The translations under genes were made by a program, and so were the position numbers. A stretch of 64,000 nucleotides of DNA from a virus. Lineage: Duplodnaviria > Caudoviricetes. Below the pieces are notes generated by a model that saw only the letters and a program-made list of their open reading frames with translations, was not told where the DNA came from and made no database searches. How positions within the stretch are numbered: the first letter of the stretch is position 1; every line of letters begins with the position of its first letter. The stretch is from IMG/VR virus record IMGVR_UViG_3300033068_001957, positions 1 through 64,000 of that record; one strand, written 5' to 3'. Shown piece by piece: positions 8,018-18,486 of the stretch.

Positions 8018-11000
8018 ATGCCAGAAAACCTACAAATTACAGCAGATGTGTATGCAAATACACAGCCTGCCGCTAGACAAGTCAAAGCGTTTAGTGATAA
8101 GAACCTTAATAATTTAAGGATTAATCTTGGTGTCAATGACGCTGGATTAAGAAAGGCTAGTAACGGATTAGGTCAAATTCGCAATGACGCGGATCAATTC
8201 ACAAAGTCAATGGCAGCGGCAAATGCCCGCGTTTTGGCTTTCGGAACGGCTGTTGGTGTTATCGAGGCAATGCGTCGTTCATTTTTAGCATTGATTAAAA
8301 CTACGGTTGATGTGGAAGAGGCTTTAACAAAAATTTCTGTTGTTGCTGGCGATGATCTCCAAAAAGCTGGAATTTCTATCGGTCAACTCGGGAAAAGCCT
8401 CTTTAACATCGCTAGAGATACTGGCCAGTCTTTCGAAACAGTCAATCAAGCGGCTCTTGAGTTCCAGCGTCAAGGTATTGGCGTTCAAGAAAGCTTAAAG
8501 AGAACTCGCGATGCTATGATCGCAGTGAGAATTTCTGGTGTTAGCGTTGGAGATGCTGTTAGCGGACTAACATCTATTCTCAATGCTTTCAAAAAGTCAG
8601 GACTAGATTCTACTACGGTTTTAAATAAACTCGTTGCTCTGGACAACTCTTCTGCCGCATCTTTCCCAGATTTGATTCAAGGTATGCAGCGGGCAGCTTC
8701 GGTTTCCCAACTTGCTGGCAATAACTTTGATCAAACTGCGGCATCTATCGCTACGTTACAAGAAATTACTGCCCGTGGCGGTCCTATTATTGGTAATGCC
8801 CTAAAATCTATTGATACAAGACTATATGGTGAAAAATCATTAGAATTTCTTGAAAAGTTTCAAGGAGGCATAGTCAAAACTAAGGATAGTGCTGGGCAAT
8901 TACTTCCGTCTATCGAAATTATTAGAAGTCTAAGCCAGGCTTTAAAAACTGTTCCAAAGGGTGAGCAATTGGGGGTTTTGACCAAACTATCTGGCTTATA
9001 TCAAGTAAACTCCCTTTCTGCACTTGTTGATTCATTTCAATTAGTAGAGGGAGAGATTTCTCTTTACGACAAAAACCTTCGGACTTCAATTAATACTACT
9101 AATGAAGCTGGCGCGGCTAACAAAAAGCTGTCGGAAATTCTTGCATCTCAGTTTAATACAATTGGCGTTAATATTACTGAGTTCCTAAATAAGCTTGGAG
9201 AAATTGGCGTAAAAAACCCATTATCTGGAGTTTTAGATTTCCTAATTAAAATTCAGGGGACACTACAAGGCATTCTCGAAGGTAGCGGCCCACTAGATAC
9301 AATCATTCAAAAGGGCGCAAAATTTGCTGGAGGAACTTTATTTTCAACTCCCGTAGTCTTGGGCGGGGCATTTGTCTTGGTAAAAATCATAAAGGATTTC
9401 CTTGCTTTCGCGGGGACTGCTTTTAAAGTATTTACTGGGATCAATCAAAAATTAAATGAAGAAGGCTCGCTCTCTTCTACTATTAATTCGAAGCTCCAAT
9501 CTACAAACGGAGAATTAAATTCCGCCTTTAGCGCCGAACAGAGAAGACTCTCTATAATTAAATCTTCCAACGCTGAGTATTCCAAACAACTCGCTCTCAC
9601 AACTGGCATTGCATCTGCTACTAGTCGTCCATCAACGAGTCTTTTAAGCAGAGGCGTTATAGAAGGAACCTCCAACGTTCGAAAATCTGGTGGCATCGTT
9701 GGAGATGTAAGTGATTATCTTCCTTCTATTATCGGCGGCAATAAGCCTAGTCTAGCCTCTGTTTTGGGGTCTTCCATTAGCAATGGCAGATCGTCAACTT
9801 CTAGCGCGAGTGCAGCACCGAGCGGATTAGCATTGGGAAAACCAAATATTTCCAGCGGTTTAAGAAATAAAGCTGGCCAATTTATTGATTCTAAGGGCAT
9901 AAGTAATGCGCTGGGTCTTCTTATTAATTCATGGGTTTTCGCGGGCAAGGAATCTCTTGAGATGGGCAATCTTATTAGAAAAGCTGTCGGTGATTTCAAT
10001 CTTGGGCCAGCATTTAAGATTGTTTCTAAAGAAGCTAATGCTTTCGCGCAAGATTTAATTAAGAAAAGAAATGTCTCTAATGCGACGGCCAGAGGGGCTA
10101 TTCCTGGCTCGTTAGGGAAACTGAATACTGGCGGCACTGGTTTTACTTCTAGCGCACAATTTGCTGGATTGGGGTTTAATCGTCCAGCTACAGAAGTTTC
10201 TAAAGTTGGACTAGGCGGATTTCCAAATATTGCCGCACTTCCTCAATTTGATAAAGAAAGACTAGCGCTAAAATCTGCCACCGAGCAAAGACTTCGAATT
10301 GATACAAAAAATAGAATTGCTGGCCAGCAAGAATTAGCTGGAACATTACGCGCCCGTGATAGGCAAAAAGATTTTTTTAATCAGACAGAGACTCAAAGAG
10401 GTGAGGCGCAGAAAAGATTAAATGAAGCAAAATCTAGTAAATCTGATACTATTGATTTGGGCAAAGCTGTTGTTCCTAAAAAAGAAGCCGTGAAACTACT
10501 TGCTAAAGATGTGGCTTTTAGAGCTGGCTTGGCTAATCGCGCAAAAAGTAGATTGGAAGAATTAGATAAAACTCTCTATGAACAATACGGAATCGAAGCT
10601 TCGAAGTCTTCTAAAACTGTAATCTCGGAGTCTCAAAAAGCAGATCAAGCGGCTCTTGCGGATCGCCTTAGAAATAAATTTGGCGGTAGAGCCGCATCTG
10701 GCCAGCCTTTATTAAATGGGGGCAATACTCTCGCTGGTTTGCGCCGCTCCGATGATATCAGTGGTGCGAAAAAGACTGGCTTTGATAGTGATGCTCTCAG
10801 GAATTTTGCATTTAAGGCTGTTTTAGTTACCTCTCTATTTTCTGGATTAAGCGAGTCTCTTCGTGGAGTTAGTCCTGGGTTGGATAAATTTGCTAACTTT
10901 TTAAATACTGCTTCATTAGCGGGAGGAGGCATTGAAGCATTAAATGAAGTTGGTGGCGTTAGCTTAAAGACTATTGGTGATGATTTAAAAGCGTTTAAAC

Positions 11001-14000
11001 TTAAAGATTTTATTCCAAAAGGTGGTGGTAAATTATTCGCCGCTGTTACTCCATTATTATCTTTCGGTGCTGGATTGCTTAAATTTCTTCCTATTATTGG
11101 TCAAGTTAGTCTTGGATTTTCTATTTTAAATAGCGCGATTAAAGAATTAACTGGAACAAGCATTATTGATGCATTCAGTCAGGCTTTGGGTGGTTTGACA
11201 GACGAAGCAAAAAAAGCTGGTGATAAATTTAATGAAATTGCTAAAAACTTATTCGATCCTCAAGGAAACTACGCTGGAAGGCCATTGGGGGAAAGGCAGA
11301 CTTCTTTATCATCCACTCGACAAGAGGCGCTGCAAAAAATAACAGCACAAAGACGAGGGATTAAAATTGACGGGAAAAACCCCCAAGAGATTGCGGCGGC
11401 GTCATTCGAAAAATTACTTTCGGATGCTATTGCGAATATCGAAACGGGCGGCATAATTAATCGTATTGGGATTGAAGATGTTGAGGGTCCAAGAAAAGCT
11501 ATTATTAGTGACTTAAGCAACTCTGCCAAAAAAATTCTCAATCAAACTCTGATAGAAATTACATCTGGAACTTTAGATGAATTAAAGTCTAATGCAATCG
11601 CCTTGGGGATAACAAAGATTGGCGATACTGATACCGCATCCGCAACTCGCGAACAAATTCAAGTTGCTGTCGCCAAGGCTTTCGTAGAGCAATATATCAA
11701 GGCTTATAGTAGTAAAGATAAGGGTTTCGGCAAAAACACCAACTTTGATAGTTTTATTCAGGATAAACTCGGGGCTGCGCGTCTTTCTGGACTCGCTCTA
11801 AACTTTCTTGAAAAAGGAAAACTAGCCCCAGGAGAAACTCCTAATTTTACTGGTTCTGCAAAAGTAGAAACGCCAGAATCAAGAAAAAAATTCTTTGACT
11901 TTCAAAAAGACCTTCTTGATTCTATCTATAATGGCGCTTCCGCACAAATCGAAGCGGAAATTAAGAGTCTTGACGCTCAATTCAATAATCCATCTTTAAC
12001 TCAAAATGCAAGAAGACAGTTGGAAAAACAAAAAAATATTTTAGCCCAACAGGCTCTTGACGCTGGAAATTTATCTGTAAATGCTCAATTCAAGAATAGC
12101 AAGCAACTCATCCAGTCTCAGCTCGGAGTTAACGGCAAGACTCAGGAGGATATTGATCGTGAATTATTTATTCTAGAACGTAATCTAAAGAATGCTAACG
12201 AGCAATATAAAAATAACACCGATCTACTAAAGGGCGAAATTTCTGCAATAGAAAAAGCTAATGATGCTCTAGATAGATTCACAAAATCTTTCAATAAGAT
12301 TGATGCTGCTATTCTTTCGTTTGGGACAAGAGGGGCAAAGAATGCGCAATCTATTTCTGCGTTAAATTTCCAAGCCTCCAATCCTTTAAACACCACCCTC
12401 CAACAAGAAGCGGCATCTAGAGCAGCTAATAATCTTAGTATCAACGATTTGCGCAATCAAAAAAGAGTTGCTGGCTTGGAATTAGACAAGACTCTCTTGG
12501 ATCAAAATATTTCTCCAGAAGACGCTAAAAAAGCTAGAGAAGGATATAAACAACTTGCTATAGGGATCGACACTCAAATTGCCGAATTGGAAAATGCTAC
12601 CAAAGGAATTGGCGCTGTTGCCAATATGTCTGTCGAACTTGCAAACTCATTGACAAACTTCGAAAGAAGCCTTCCTTCTAACCGCGCCCAAAATCAATTC
12701 AATACCCTCCAATCAACAGACGCTTCTGGTTTGGCTGGCGGCTTAATCAGCGAACAAGTATTCGACAAGGCTCAAGGCAAGACAGGCCAAGAACTTGTCT
12801 CTTTCCTCGCGGATCAAAACGCCCTATTAAACGAACAGTTCAAAATTCGCACAGCCACAAATGCTACCGAAAAGCTCGAACTAGAAACCCAGCTTGCCCT
12901 CACCAAAGAGATTCTTGATATTAAAACTCAATCGCTCGATCCCCTTGAGAAACAGCAAAAAATTGAAGACGCAATAAATAAAAATCTTGCACTAAGACGC
13001 AGCTTTGGCTTCGGAGTAAGTCAAGCTCAAGCTGGTATCCAGAGCGAAATTCAAAATTTCAGTTCTAGTTTTGGCAAGACGGCGACGGAAGGATTTAGAG
13101 ATAGCCTTGTAGGAGCCATGCAAGCCGCCGTTACTAAAACAGACGATTTAAAGTCGGCGTTATTAAACGTAGCTCTTACTTTCGCCAACAAGCTCCGAGA
13201 TGCAGCATTTGAAAACCTTGCTAATCTTATTGTAAACTCTGGCTCCAAACAAGGAGGTTCCTCTGGTGGAATTATTAGTGGTATAATCGGTGGAATTGGG
13301 AGCTATTTTACTGGCGGGCAAAAAAAAGCTGCTGGCGGAATGATTTCTGGCGGTTCTGGAACCAAGGATGATGTTCCAACCCTATTGATGGGCGGCGAAT
13401 ATGTTATTCCGAAAGGTGTTGTCAATCAATATGGTGTTGGATTCTTCGAAGGTCTCCGCAATGGCTCTGTTGGCAAAATGGCCCAAGGTGGTTTTTACGC
13501 TCCTGGCGTCATGGGACAGGGAACAATTACTGGCAAAAAGGATTTGCTTGATTTTGCAACTCAAACGGCCACATCTGGATCAAAAGATAGAATCGCCAAT
13601 CTTGGTAACGGCGCTGCAATAGCCGCACTAGAGCCAGAATCGCTACGCCTAAGTAATTTCGCCCGCTTTGGTGACTCGCCTATCGTTCAAGCAACCCAAG
13701 ATGCTAAAGACCAAGCGTTCGGCCTTTACATCGACCAAATTAATAACGAAAAAGAATACCAAAAATTCCTAGACGATCAAGCCAAAGCCAAGAAGGAGGC
13801 TAAAAAACAACTATGGACATCTATAGCTATTGCAGCCATTGGTTCTGCGGTTTCCTATGGGGCAAACTCTTATGGAGCTTCTAGTGCGGCAAAAAAATCT
13901 GCCACCACGACAAGTAGCGGCAATACTCAAAGATATTATGATACTGCTGGTTCGTTAGTTCAGGCCGCAGGCTCTTCTGTCTCCGCACAACGATCTATTC

Positions 14001-14533
14001 CGCCATCCGCGATTAAAACTTCTAGCGACGGTTTCTACAATCCATATCCAACTAATTCACTACCAAAAAGCGTCTCTCCAGTTCAAGGATTTTACACTAA
14101 TCCACTTCTTCCGAGGATAAATGTCAACGGCCAATACCGCAATGCAGGTGGTTATGTTGGCGGTAATGGAGATTCTGTTCCTACAACGCTTTCTAACAAG
14201 GAATTCGTGCTAAACAGTTCTGCCGCGCAGAAAATTGGAGACAAAAACCTCTACGCCTTAAACAACGGCGGAAATACCTCTTCTGGCGGCGGAGACGATA
14301 AGGTTATTGCCAAACTCGACGAGCTTATCCAAAAAACTATCGGCGCAAGCAATGTAACTGTAAATGTTTCCATGGATTCATCTGGAAAAGATACTTCCAA
14401 TAGTTCGGATCAATCATCCGATAGCGATAGCCAGAAAAACTCTCGCGCACTGACTCAAAAACTAAAAAGCGCAGTTGTCAATATCCTTCGCGAAGAACAA
14501 AGACCTGGGGGCGTGCTCGCACGACAAAAATGA
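8018..14533 (+). CDS. tail tape measure protein
   Basis: 2171 aa, Ala/Gly/Ser-rich and helical; TP901-like N-terminal core; hydrophobic segments; two AGG..G..DxVP..L..xExV C-terminal motifs; GTGTAAT at 7992-7998. Confidence 0.92.
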   Translation: MPENLQITADVYANTQPAARQVKAFSDKNLNNLRINLGVNDAGLRKASNGLGQIRNDADQFTKSMAAANARVLAFGTAVGVIEAMRRSFLALIKTTVDVEEALTKISVVAGDDLQKAGISIGQLGKSLFNIARDTGQSFETVNQAALEFQRQGIGVQESLKRTRDAMIAVRISGVSVGDAVSGLTSILNAFKKSGLDSTTVLNKLVALDNSSAASFPDLIQGMQRAASVSQLAGNNFDQTAASIATLQEITARGGPIIGNALKSIDTRLYGEKSLEFLEKFQGGIVKTKDSAGQLLPSIEIIRSLSQALKTVPKGEQLGVLTKLSGLYQVNSLSALVDSFQLVEGEISLYDKNLRTSINTTNEAGAANKKLSEILASQFNTIGVNITEFLNKLGEIGVKNPLSGVLDFLIKIQGTLQGILEGSGPLDTIIQKGAKFAGGTLFSTPVVLGGAFVLVKIIKDFLAFAGTAFKVFTGINQKLNEEGSLSSTINSKLQSTNGELNSAFSAEQRRLSIIKSSNAEYSKQLALTTGIASATSRPSTSLLSRGVIEGTSNVRKSGGIVGDVSDYLPSIIGGNKPSLASVLGSSISNGRSSTSSASAAPSGLALGKPNISSGLRNKAGQFIDSKGISNALGLLINSWVFAGKESLEMGNLIRKAVGDFNLGPAFKIVSKEANAFAQDLIKKRNVSNATARGAIPGSLGKLNTGGTGFTSSAQFAGLGFNRPATEVSKVGLGGFPNIAALPQFDKERLALKSATEQRLRIDTKNRIAGQQELAGTLRARDRQKDFFNQTETQRGEAQKRLNEAKSSKSDTIDLGKAVVPKKEAVKLLAKDVAFRAGLANRAKSRLEELDKTLYEQYGIEASKSSKTVISESQKADQAALADRLRNKFGGRAASGQPLLNGGNTLAGLRRSDDISGAKKTGFDSDALRNFAFKAVLVTSLFSGLSESLRGVSPGLDKFANFLNTASLAGGGIEALNEVGGVSLKTIGDDLKAFKLKDFIPKGGGKLFAAVTPLLSFGAGLLKFLPIIGQVSLGFSILNSAIKELTGTSIIDAFSQALGGLTDEAKKAGDKFNEIAKNLFDPQGNYAGRPLGERQTSLSSTRQEALQKITAQRRGIKIDGKNPQEIAAASFEKLLSDAIANIETGGIINRIGIEDVEGPRKAIISDLSNSAKKILNQTLIEITSGTLDELKSNAIALGITKIGDTDTASATREQIQVAVAKAFVEQYIKAYSSKDKGFGKNTNFDSFIQDKLGAARLSGLALNFLEKGKLAPGETPNFTGSAKVETPESRKKFFDFQKDLLDSIYNGASAQIEAEIKSLDAQFNNPSLTQNARRQLEKQKNILAQQALDAGNLSVNAQFKNSKQLIQSQLGVNGKTQEDIDRELFILERNLKNANEQYKNNTDLLKGEISAIEKANDALDRFTKSFNKIDAAILSFGTRGAKNAQSISALNFQASNPLNTTLQQEAASRAANNLSINDLRNQKRVAGLELDKTLLDQNISPEDAKKAREGYKQLAIGIDTQIAELENATKGIGAVANMSVELANSLTNFERSLPSNRAQNQFNTLQSTDASGLAGGLISEQVFDKAQGKTGQELVSFLADQNALLNEQFKIRTATNATEKLELETQLALTKEILDIKTQSLDPLEKQQKIEDAINKNLALRRSFGFGVSQAQAGIQSEIQNFSSSFGKTATEGFRDSLVGAMQAAVTKTDDLKSALLNVALTFANKLRDAAFENLANLIVNSGSKQGGSSGGIISGIIGGIGSYFTGGQKKAAGGMISGGSGTKDDVPTLLMGGEYVIPKGVVNQYGVGFFEGLRNGSVGKMAQGGFYAPGVMGQGTITGKKDLLDFATQTATSGSKDRIANLGNGAAIAALEPESLRLSNFARFGDSPIVQATQDAKDQAFGLYIDQINNEKEYQKFLDDQAKAKKEAKKQLWTSIAIAAIGSAVSYGANSYGASSAAKKSATTTSSGNTQRYYDTAGSLVQAAGSSVSAQRSIPPSAIKTSSDGFYNPYPTNSLPKSVSPVQGFYTNPLLPRINVNGQYRNAGGYVGGNGDSVPTTLSNKEFVLNSSAAQKIGDKNLYALNNGGNTSSGGGDDKVIAKLDELIQKTIGASNVTVNVSMDSSGKDTSNSSDQSSDSDSQKNSRALTQKLKSAVVNILREEQRPGGVLARQK

Positions 14534-15324
14534 GTAGCATAGCTTTAAACTATGACCAAAGATTTTCTTTTTGCGGCGTTAATCTTTCGGGATTATCTGA
14601 TTTAACCTTTAAATCTGATTTCGGCGTTGGTTACACACCGACTTTGGGGGTAAAAACATTTGGGTTTCACAAGGCTAATCCTTCTGTTGGAGACGTCGAT
14701 TTTTCACGCTCGCTTATTTATAATGATCCAGTGTTGAGTTATACAGGCGCTTCGCCATGTTCTGGGAATTTTTCATATCAAGGAATATCTTATGATTTTT
14801 CTAGTGGCTATTTAACCAATTACGCCGTAAGTTGTTCGATTGGGCAAGTTCCCAATGTTTCCTGTTCTATTTCTGTTTTCGGCGAAATGAAAAGCGGTGA
14901 AAATAATCAGACTTTTTTGGCCCACCCAGATATTTTTGCTCCATCTCCTAGATCCATTTCAATCTCTAATAGCTTCGGAGAAACCAATAAAATCAAATCT
15001 TTCGATTGGTCTATCGCTATGCCAAGACAACCAAAGTATTCTATCGGACCTAATTTGTTTCCCGATGAAGTATTTTCTCCGACACCTTTGCAAATTCAAG
15101 CTGGGGCTGTTTATAATGTGGCTGGATTTTCACCCCTAGACCTTCAAAATTTTGTTCGAAATATTAGCGCCCCTAATTTTACTATATATATAAGGAATAG
15201 GGACTTGTCTCAAATTTTAATGACTTTACCAGTGGCGAACGCTCAAATTACCAATCAACAACTCCAAGGAACAGTTGATTCCCCCTTAACTTTAAGCGTG
15301 CAATACGCTGGATATCTTGAATGA
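14530..15324 (+). CDS. tail-tube-fold / distal tail protein, putative
   Basis: Follows the tape measure gene; YLTNYAVSCSIGQVPNV resembles FLSNYSVEAAVGGLPTV of 2487-3596. Confidence 0.55.
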   Translation: MSSIALNYDQRFSFCGVNLSGLSDLTFKSDFGVGYTPTLGVKTFGFHKANPSVGDVDFSRSLIYNDPVLSYTGASPCSGNFSYQGISYDFSSGYLTNYAVSCSIGQVPNVSCSISVFGEMKSGENNQTFLAHPDIFAPSPRSISISNSFGETNKIKSFDWSIAMPRQPKYSIGPNLFPDEVFSPTPLQIQAGAVYNVAGFSPLDLQNFVRNISAPNFTIYIRNRDLSQILMTLPVANAQITNQQLQGTVDSPLTLSVQYAGYLE

Positions 15325-17300
15325 GCTATTTTTACAATAGAGATAGAAATATCACGGGCGCAAACGTCTTGACTGGATTGTCTTTTGATCCTAGTTACGG
15401 ATCTAGCGTTTCTTTTTCCACCAAAAGTAATTACGTCAGCTTCTCAGATAAGACTGCTAATATCAGCCCATTGGGTGTAAATAATGTTTCGGCGGATTTT
15501 TCTCTTAATTTTCCGCTTAGAAAATCTGACGCTCAAGATTTGGTTAACTTTTACGAATCTCAAAGCGGCACTGGGGCAATCGCTTTTAATGATAATTCTA
15601 ATATTTACCAAAGATTAAGCGGGACTATTGACTCTATTCAGTCCTTGGAGAGCCAAAATAACGACAAATTTAACGTAAATTTAAAATTCTCGGTCGAAAG
15701 AAATTCTTCGGCGCTAAATTGGAGCGGCCAAAGTTTTGTCAATTATCAATTAAATAGTTGGAATACTGGCGTCAATTATTCTGCTGATGATATTGTCTAT
15801 TTCGAAAACGATTTAGAAGAGCCAGTAAATAATTTCTTCTATTGTATCAACGATCATTCTTCTTCCACAGCAAACAACCCCCTTTCGACTGGCCAAAAAT
15901 GGACGAACGGGTTATTTAGAGATTCCAACGATCAATTTTCTTTTCAGCAAACACCTTCTGTTTCTCAAAATAATTTTAAAGGTTCATTCTTAGAGAGAAT
16001 TAATGACCAAAAGAATATCCACTCTTTAGATAAACTGGAGATTTCTTTCAAAAACATCTCCGATAAGAGAGCGAAATCGCTAATCCACTTCTTTGAATCG
16101 AGGATGGGATTTAAGAGATTTTCTTATTCTTTGCCCGAAATTTACGACAGGCCGAAAGTATTTACTGCGCCATCATGGGAGCACCAATGGAACTCTAAAG
16201 ACTCCAATAACTTTAAAGCTATTCTCACGGAAGACCCCTTTGGATTATTGATTTCTGGTTCTCCATCGGCCTCTTTTGTGCAAGAAAGCGGATATTCTTC
16301 TGTCGGGTTTTCTTTTTCGGGCGAAAGAGTGTTTTTTGACACGGGAAACGGCAAGGAACTTATTTCTGGCAACAGCAAAACCCTGACATGGCCCGATAGT
16401 CTCCGAAAAAGAGAGTTCAGTCTTTGGGGGAGGTTTTCTTCTTTGAATTTATCTGGTCAAGGATTGACGTATGCAAAATTCGGTTCCGCCAAGGGTTTGA
16501 GTTATTTGAATTTAAATGATAATTATCTATCTAGCGTTGTATTGGATAATTCTAAGGATATCCAACGTTTTGAATGCGCCAACAATAGAATCGCGAACTT
16601 AGACCTTGGTAATAAATCTGGTCTTTCCTATTTGGACTGCTCAAATAATGGGATTAATTATTTAAATATCGGCGGGACATCCTTGACTGGTTTATATTGT
16701 CAAGATAATCTGTTGCCGTCGTTGCATGTTGATTCCTGTTTAAGCGGATTAGTTTCTAATGGTCTTTATTCTGGTGTGGCGAATTTTTCTGGCAATTCAG
16801 GCGTATCTCAGAGTTCTTTAAATAGCATCTCGACTCTTACTGGCAAATCTTGGAATATTGGTTATGAATATACAGCCCCTCCAGCAGAAACGCCAGATAA
16901 TTTACCATCGACATCTCCGTCTTGGCCGCCAAGTTTTGATATTTTTGTTGCGGTAGATAGCACTCATGATGGAGCATGTTCTTTAATTGAGAGCGTTCAA
17001 TGTTCCACTGATGCTATTTTTACTTCGGCTACTAAATTTCATTTCCCTAATGAAAGTGATATTGCTGAATTTGCAGTTGGTCAAGAATTTTATGTAGAAA
17101 ATGCGAATAAAACAATTAAGGTTGTAAAAATTTGTTGCGATATTGCTAGTTATGTTTCTGGCCCAACTGATTGCGCATACTCTCCATCTATTATAGTCAG
17201 CTCCCCTAGCAATAGTATGATGAGTAATACGCTTGGGAGCGCCCCATGTTTTAGTTTTAGTTTTGGATCAATGGGAAGTTTTGTATCTGCATCAATGTGA
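15321..17300 (+). CDS. minor tail protein: lambda gpM-like domains, CBM-like insert and leucine-rich repeats
   Basis: LIHFFESRMGFKRFSYSLP (gpM-like); WNTGVNYSADDIVYF..YCINDH (CBM5/12-like); LSYLNLNDNYL / LSYLDCSNNGI LRRs. Confidence 0.55.
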   Translation: MSYFYNRDRNITGANVLTGLSFDPSYGSSVSFSTKSNYVSFSDKTANISPLGVNNVSADFSLNFPLRKSDAQDLVNFYESQSGTGAIAFNDNSNIYQRLSGTIDSIQSLESQNNDKFNVNLKFSVERNSSALNWSGQSFVNYQLNSWNTGVNYSADDIVYFENDLEEPVNNFFYCINDHSSSTANNPLSTGQKWTNGLFRDSNDQFSFQQTPSVSQNNFKGSFLERINDQKNIHSLDKLEISFKNISDKRAKSLIHFFESRMGFKRFSYSLPEIYDRPKVFTAPSWEHQWNSKDSNNFKAILTEDPFGLLISGSPSASFVQESGYSSVGFSFSGERVFFDTGNGKELISGNSKTLTWPDSLRKREFSLWGRFSSLNLSGQGLTYAKFGSAKGLSYLNLNDNYLSSVVLDNSKDIQRFECANNRIANLDLGNKSGLSYLDCSNNGINYLNIGGTSLTGLYCQDNLLPSLHVDSCLSGLVSNGLYSGVANFSGNSGVSQSSLNSISTLTGKSWNIGYEYTAPPAETPDNLPSTSPSWPPSFDIFVAVDSTHDGACSLIESVQCSTDAIFTSATKFHFPNESDIAEFAVGQEFYVENANKTIKVVKICCDIASYVSGPTDCAYSPSIIVSSPSNSMMSNTLGSAPCFSFSFGSMGSFVSASM

Positions 17301-17998
17301 TGATTAAAATATTCATAGCTACGGAGCATGGGCACGAAAAGGCAGAAAAAGCCTTGGAATACAGTATCCTATCATCTACAAGTCAACCAGTAAAAATCAA
17401 CTGGATGAAAAATGAATGTGGACCAATCTTTTCTGGTTGGAATAAAGGGCGCGATCATAATCTAATGAATTCTGGCGAAGGCTGGAAGACTAACTTTTCT
17501 TGTTATAGGTGGGCGATTCCAGAACTATGTGATTTTCAAGGGCGAGCTATTTACTTAGACGTAGACCAGCTTGTTTTGAAAGACATCTCTCAAATGTGGA
17601 ATCTCGACATGCAAGACAAGGCTATACTCACTATCCGTCCAGAAAAAACGGACGTTATGCTTATGGACTGTTCCAAATTTACAAAGGATTGGTGGCCAAA
17701 AGTAAAACGGATGAAAGCCAGCGGCAAACATCAAATGCAGTACAGGAAACTCGTCCAAAATAAGAATCTTATTGGGCCGCTTGATGGTATTTATAATTGT
17801 TTGGATGGAAATGGATTTTCGGAAGATACGCGGCTAATTCACTATACTAAAATGAACACTCAGCCATGGCATCCAGCGCCCGAAAGCATGGATTATAAAC
17901 CTCATAAGATTCCAGAGATGGAAAACCTATGGTGGAATTATTATAATGCGGCCATAGAATACGAGGAAAACACGGGGAAAACTTTAGGTCATGGATGA
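17297..17998 (+). CDS. GT-A fold glycosyltransferase (GT8-like)
   Basis: TNFSCYRWAIP..GRAIYLDVDQ (DxD)...LIHYT..TQPW. Confidence 0.75.
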   Translation: MMIKIFIATEHGHEKAEKALEYSILSSTSQPVKINWMKNECGPIFSGWNKGRDHNLMNSGEGWKTNFSCYRWAIPELCDFQGRAIYLDVDQLVLKDISQMWNLDMQDKAILTIRPEKTDVMLMDCSKFTKDWWPKVKRMKASGKHQMQYRKLVQNKNLIGPLDGIYNCLDGNGFSEDTRLIHYTKMNTQPWHPAPESMDYKPHKIPEMENLWWNYYNAAIEYEENTGKTLGHG

Positions 17999-18485
17999 TA
18001 TTTTTTTAAAGCGTGAGTACGAAAGGCTCCATAGCATTGGCCACTACGATGGATATTTTTGTACAAAACACAAGAAAAACATTAAAGAGCTAATCGACAA
18101 AACTGGCTCAAAATCTCTACTTGATTATGGAAGTGGGAAAGGATTCCAATACTCCAAGATTAGGCTGGATCATTATTGGAGAGTGGCCGTTACTTGCTAC
18201 GATAAATATGTCAAAGAGCTTTCGACTTTTCCCGACTTGAAATTTGATGGCGTAATTTGTGTAGAAGTTTTAGAGCATGTTCCAGAAGATGAAGTTGATA
18301 TAGTCTTGAAAAGGATTTTTGAGTCCGCCAAAAAGTTTGTATTTTTAACCATCGCCACAAAAGAGGCAAAAAAGAAATTCTCTAACGGGGAGAATGTTCA
18401 CATTCTCCTAAAGGATGAAAATTGGTGGATGGACAAAATTAATTCGGCATCCAAAGGGCAGGTTTTGGAGATTGTTTTTAACTAA
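17991..18485 (+). CDS. class I SAM-dependent methyltransferase
   Basis: SLLDYGSGKG motif I; FDGVICVEVLEHVP. Confidence 0.85.
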   Translation: MDDIFLKREYERLHSIGHYDGYFCTKHKKNIKELIDKTGSKSLLDYGSGKGFQYSKIRLDHYWRVAVTCYDKYVKELSTFPDLKFDGVICVEVLEHVPEDEVDIVLKRIFESAKKFVFLTIATKEAKKKFSNGENVHILLKDENWWMDKINSASKGQVLEIVFN

Positions 18486-18486
18486 C

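Noticed and set aside
9445-13564. Many antisense ORFs within the tape measure gene, and similar shadows in dnaB, nrdA and clp
   Set aside because: These are shadow frames of long coding genes, with no start signals or motifs.
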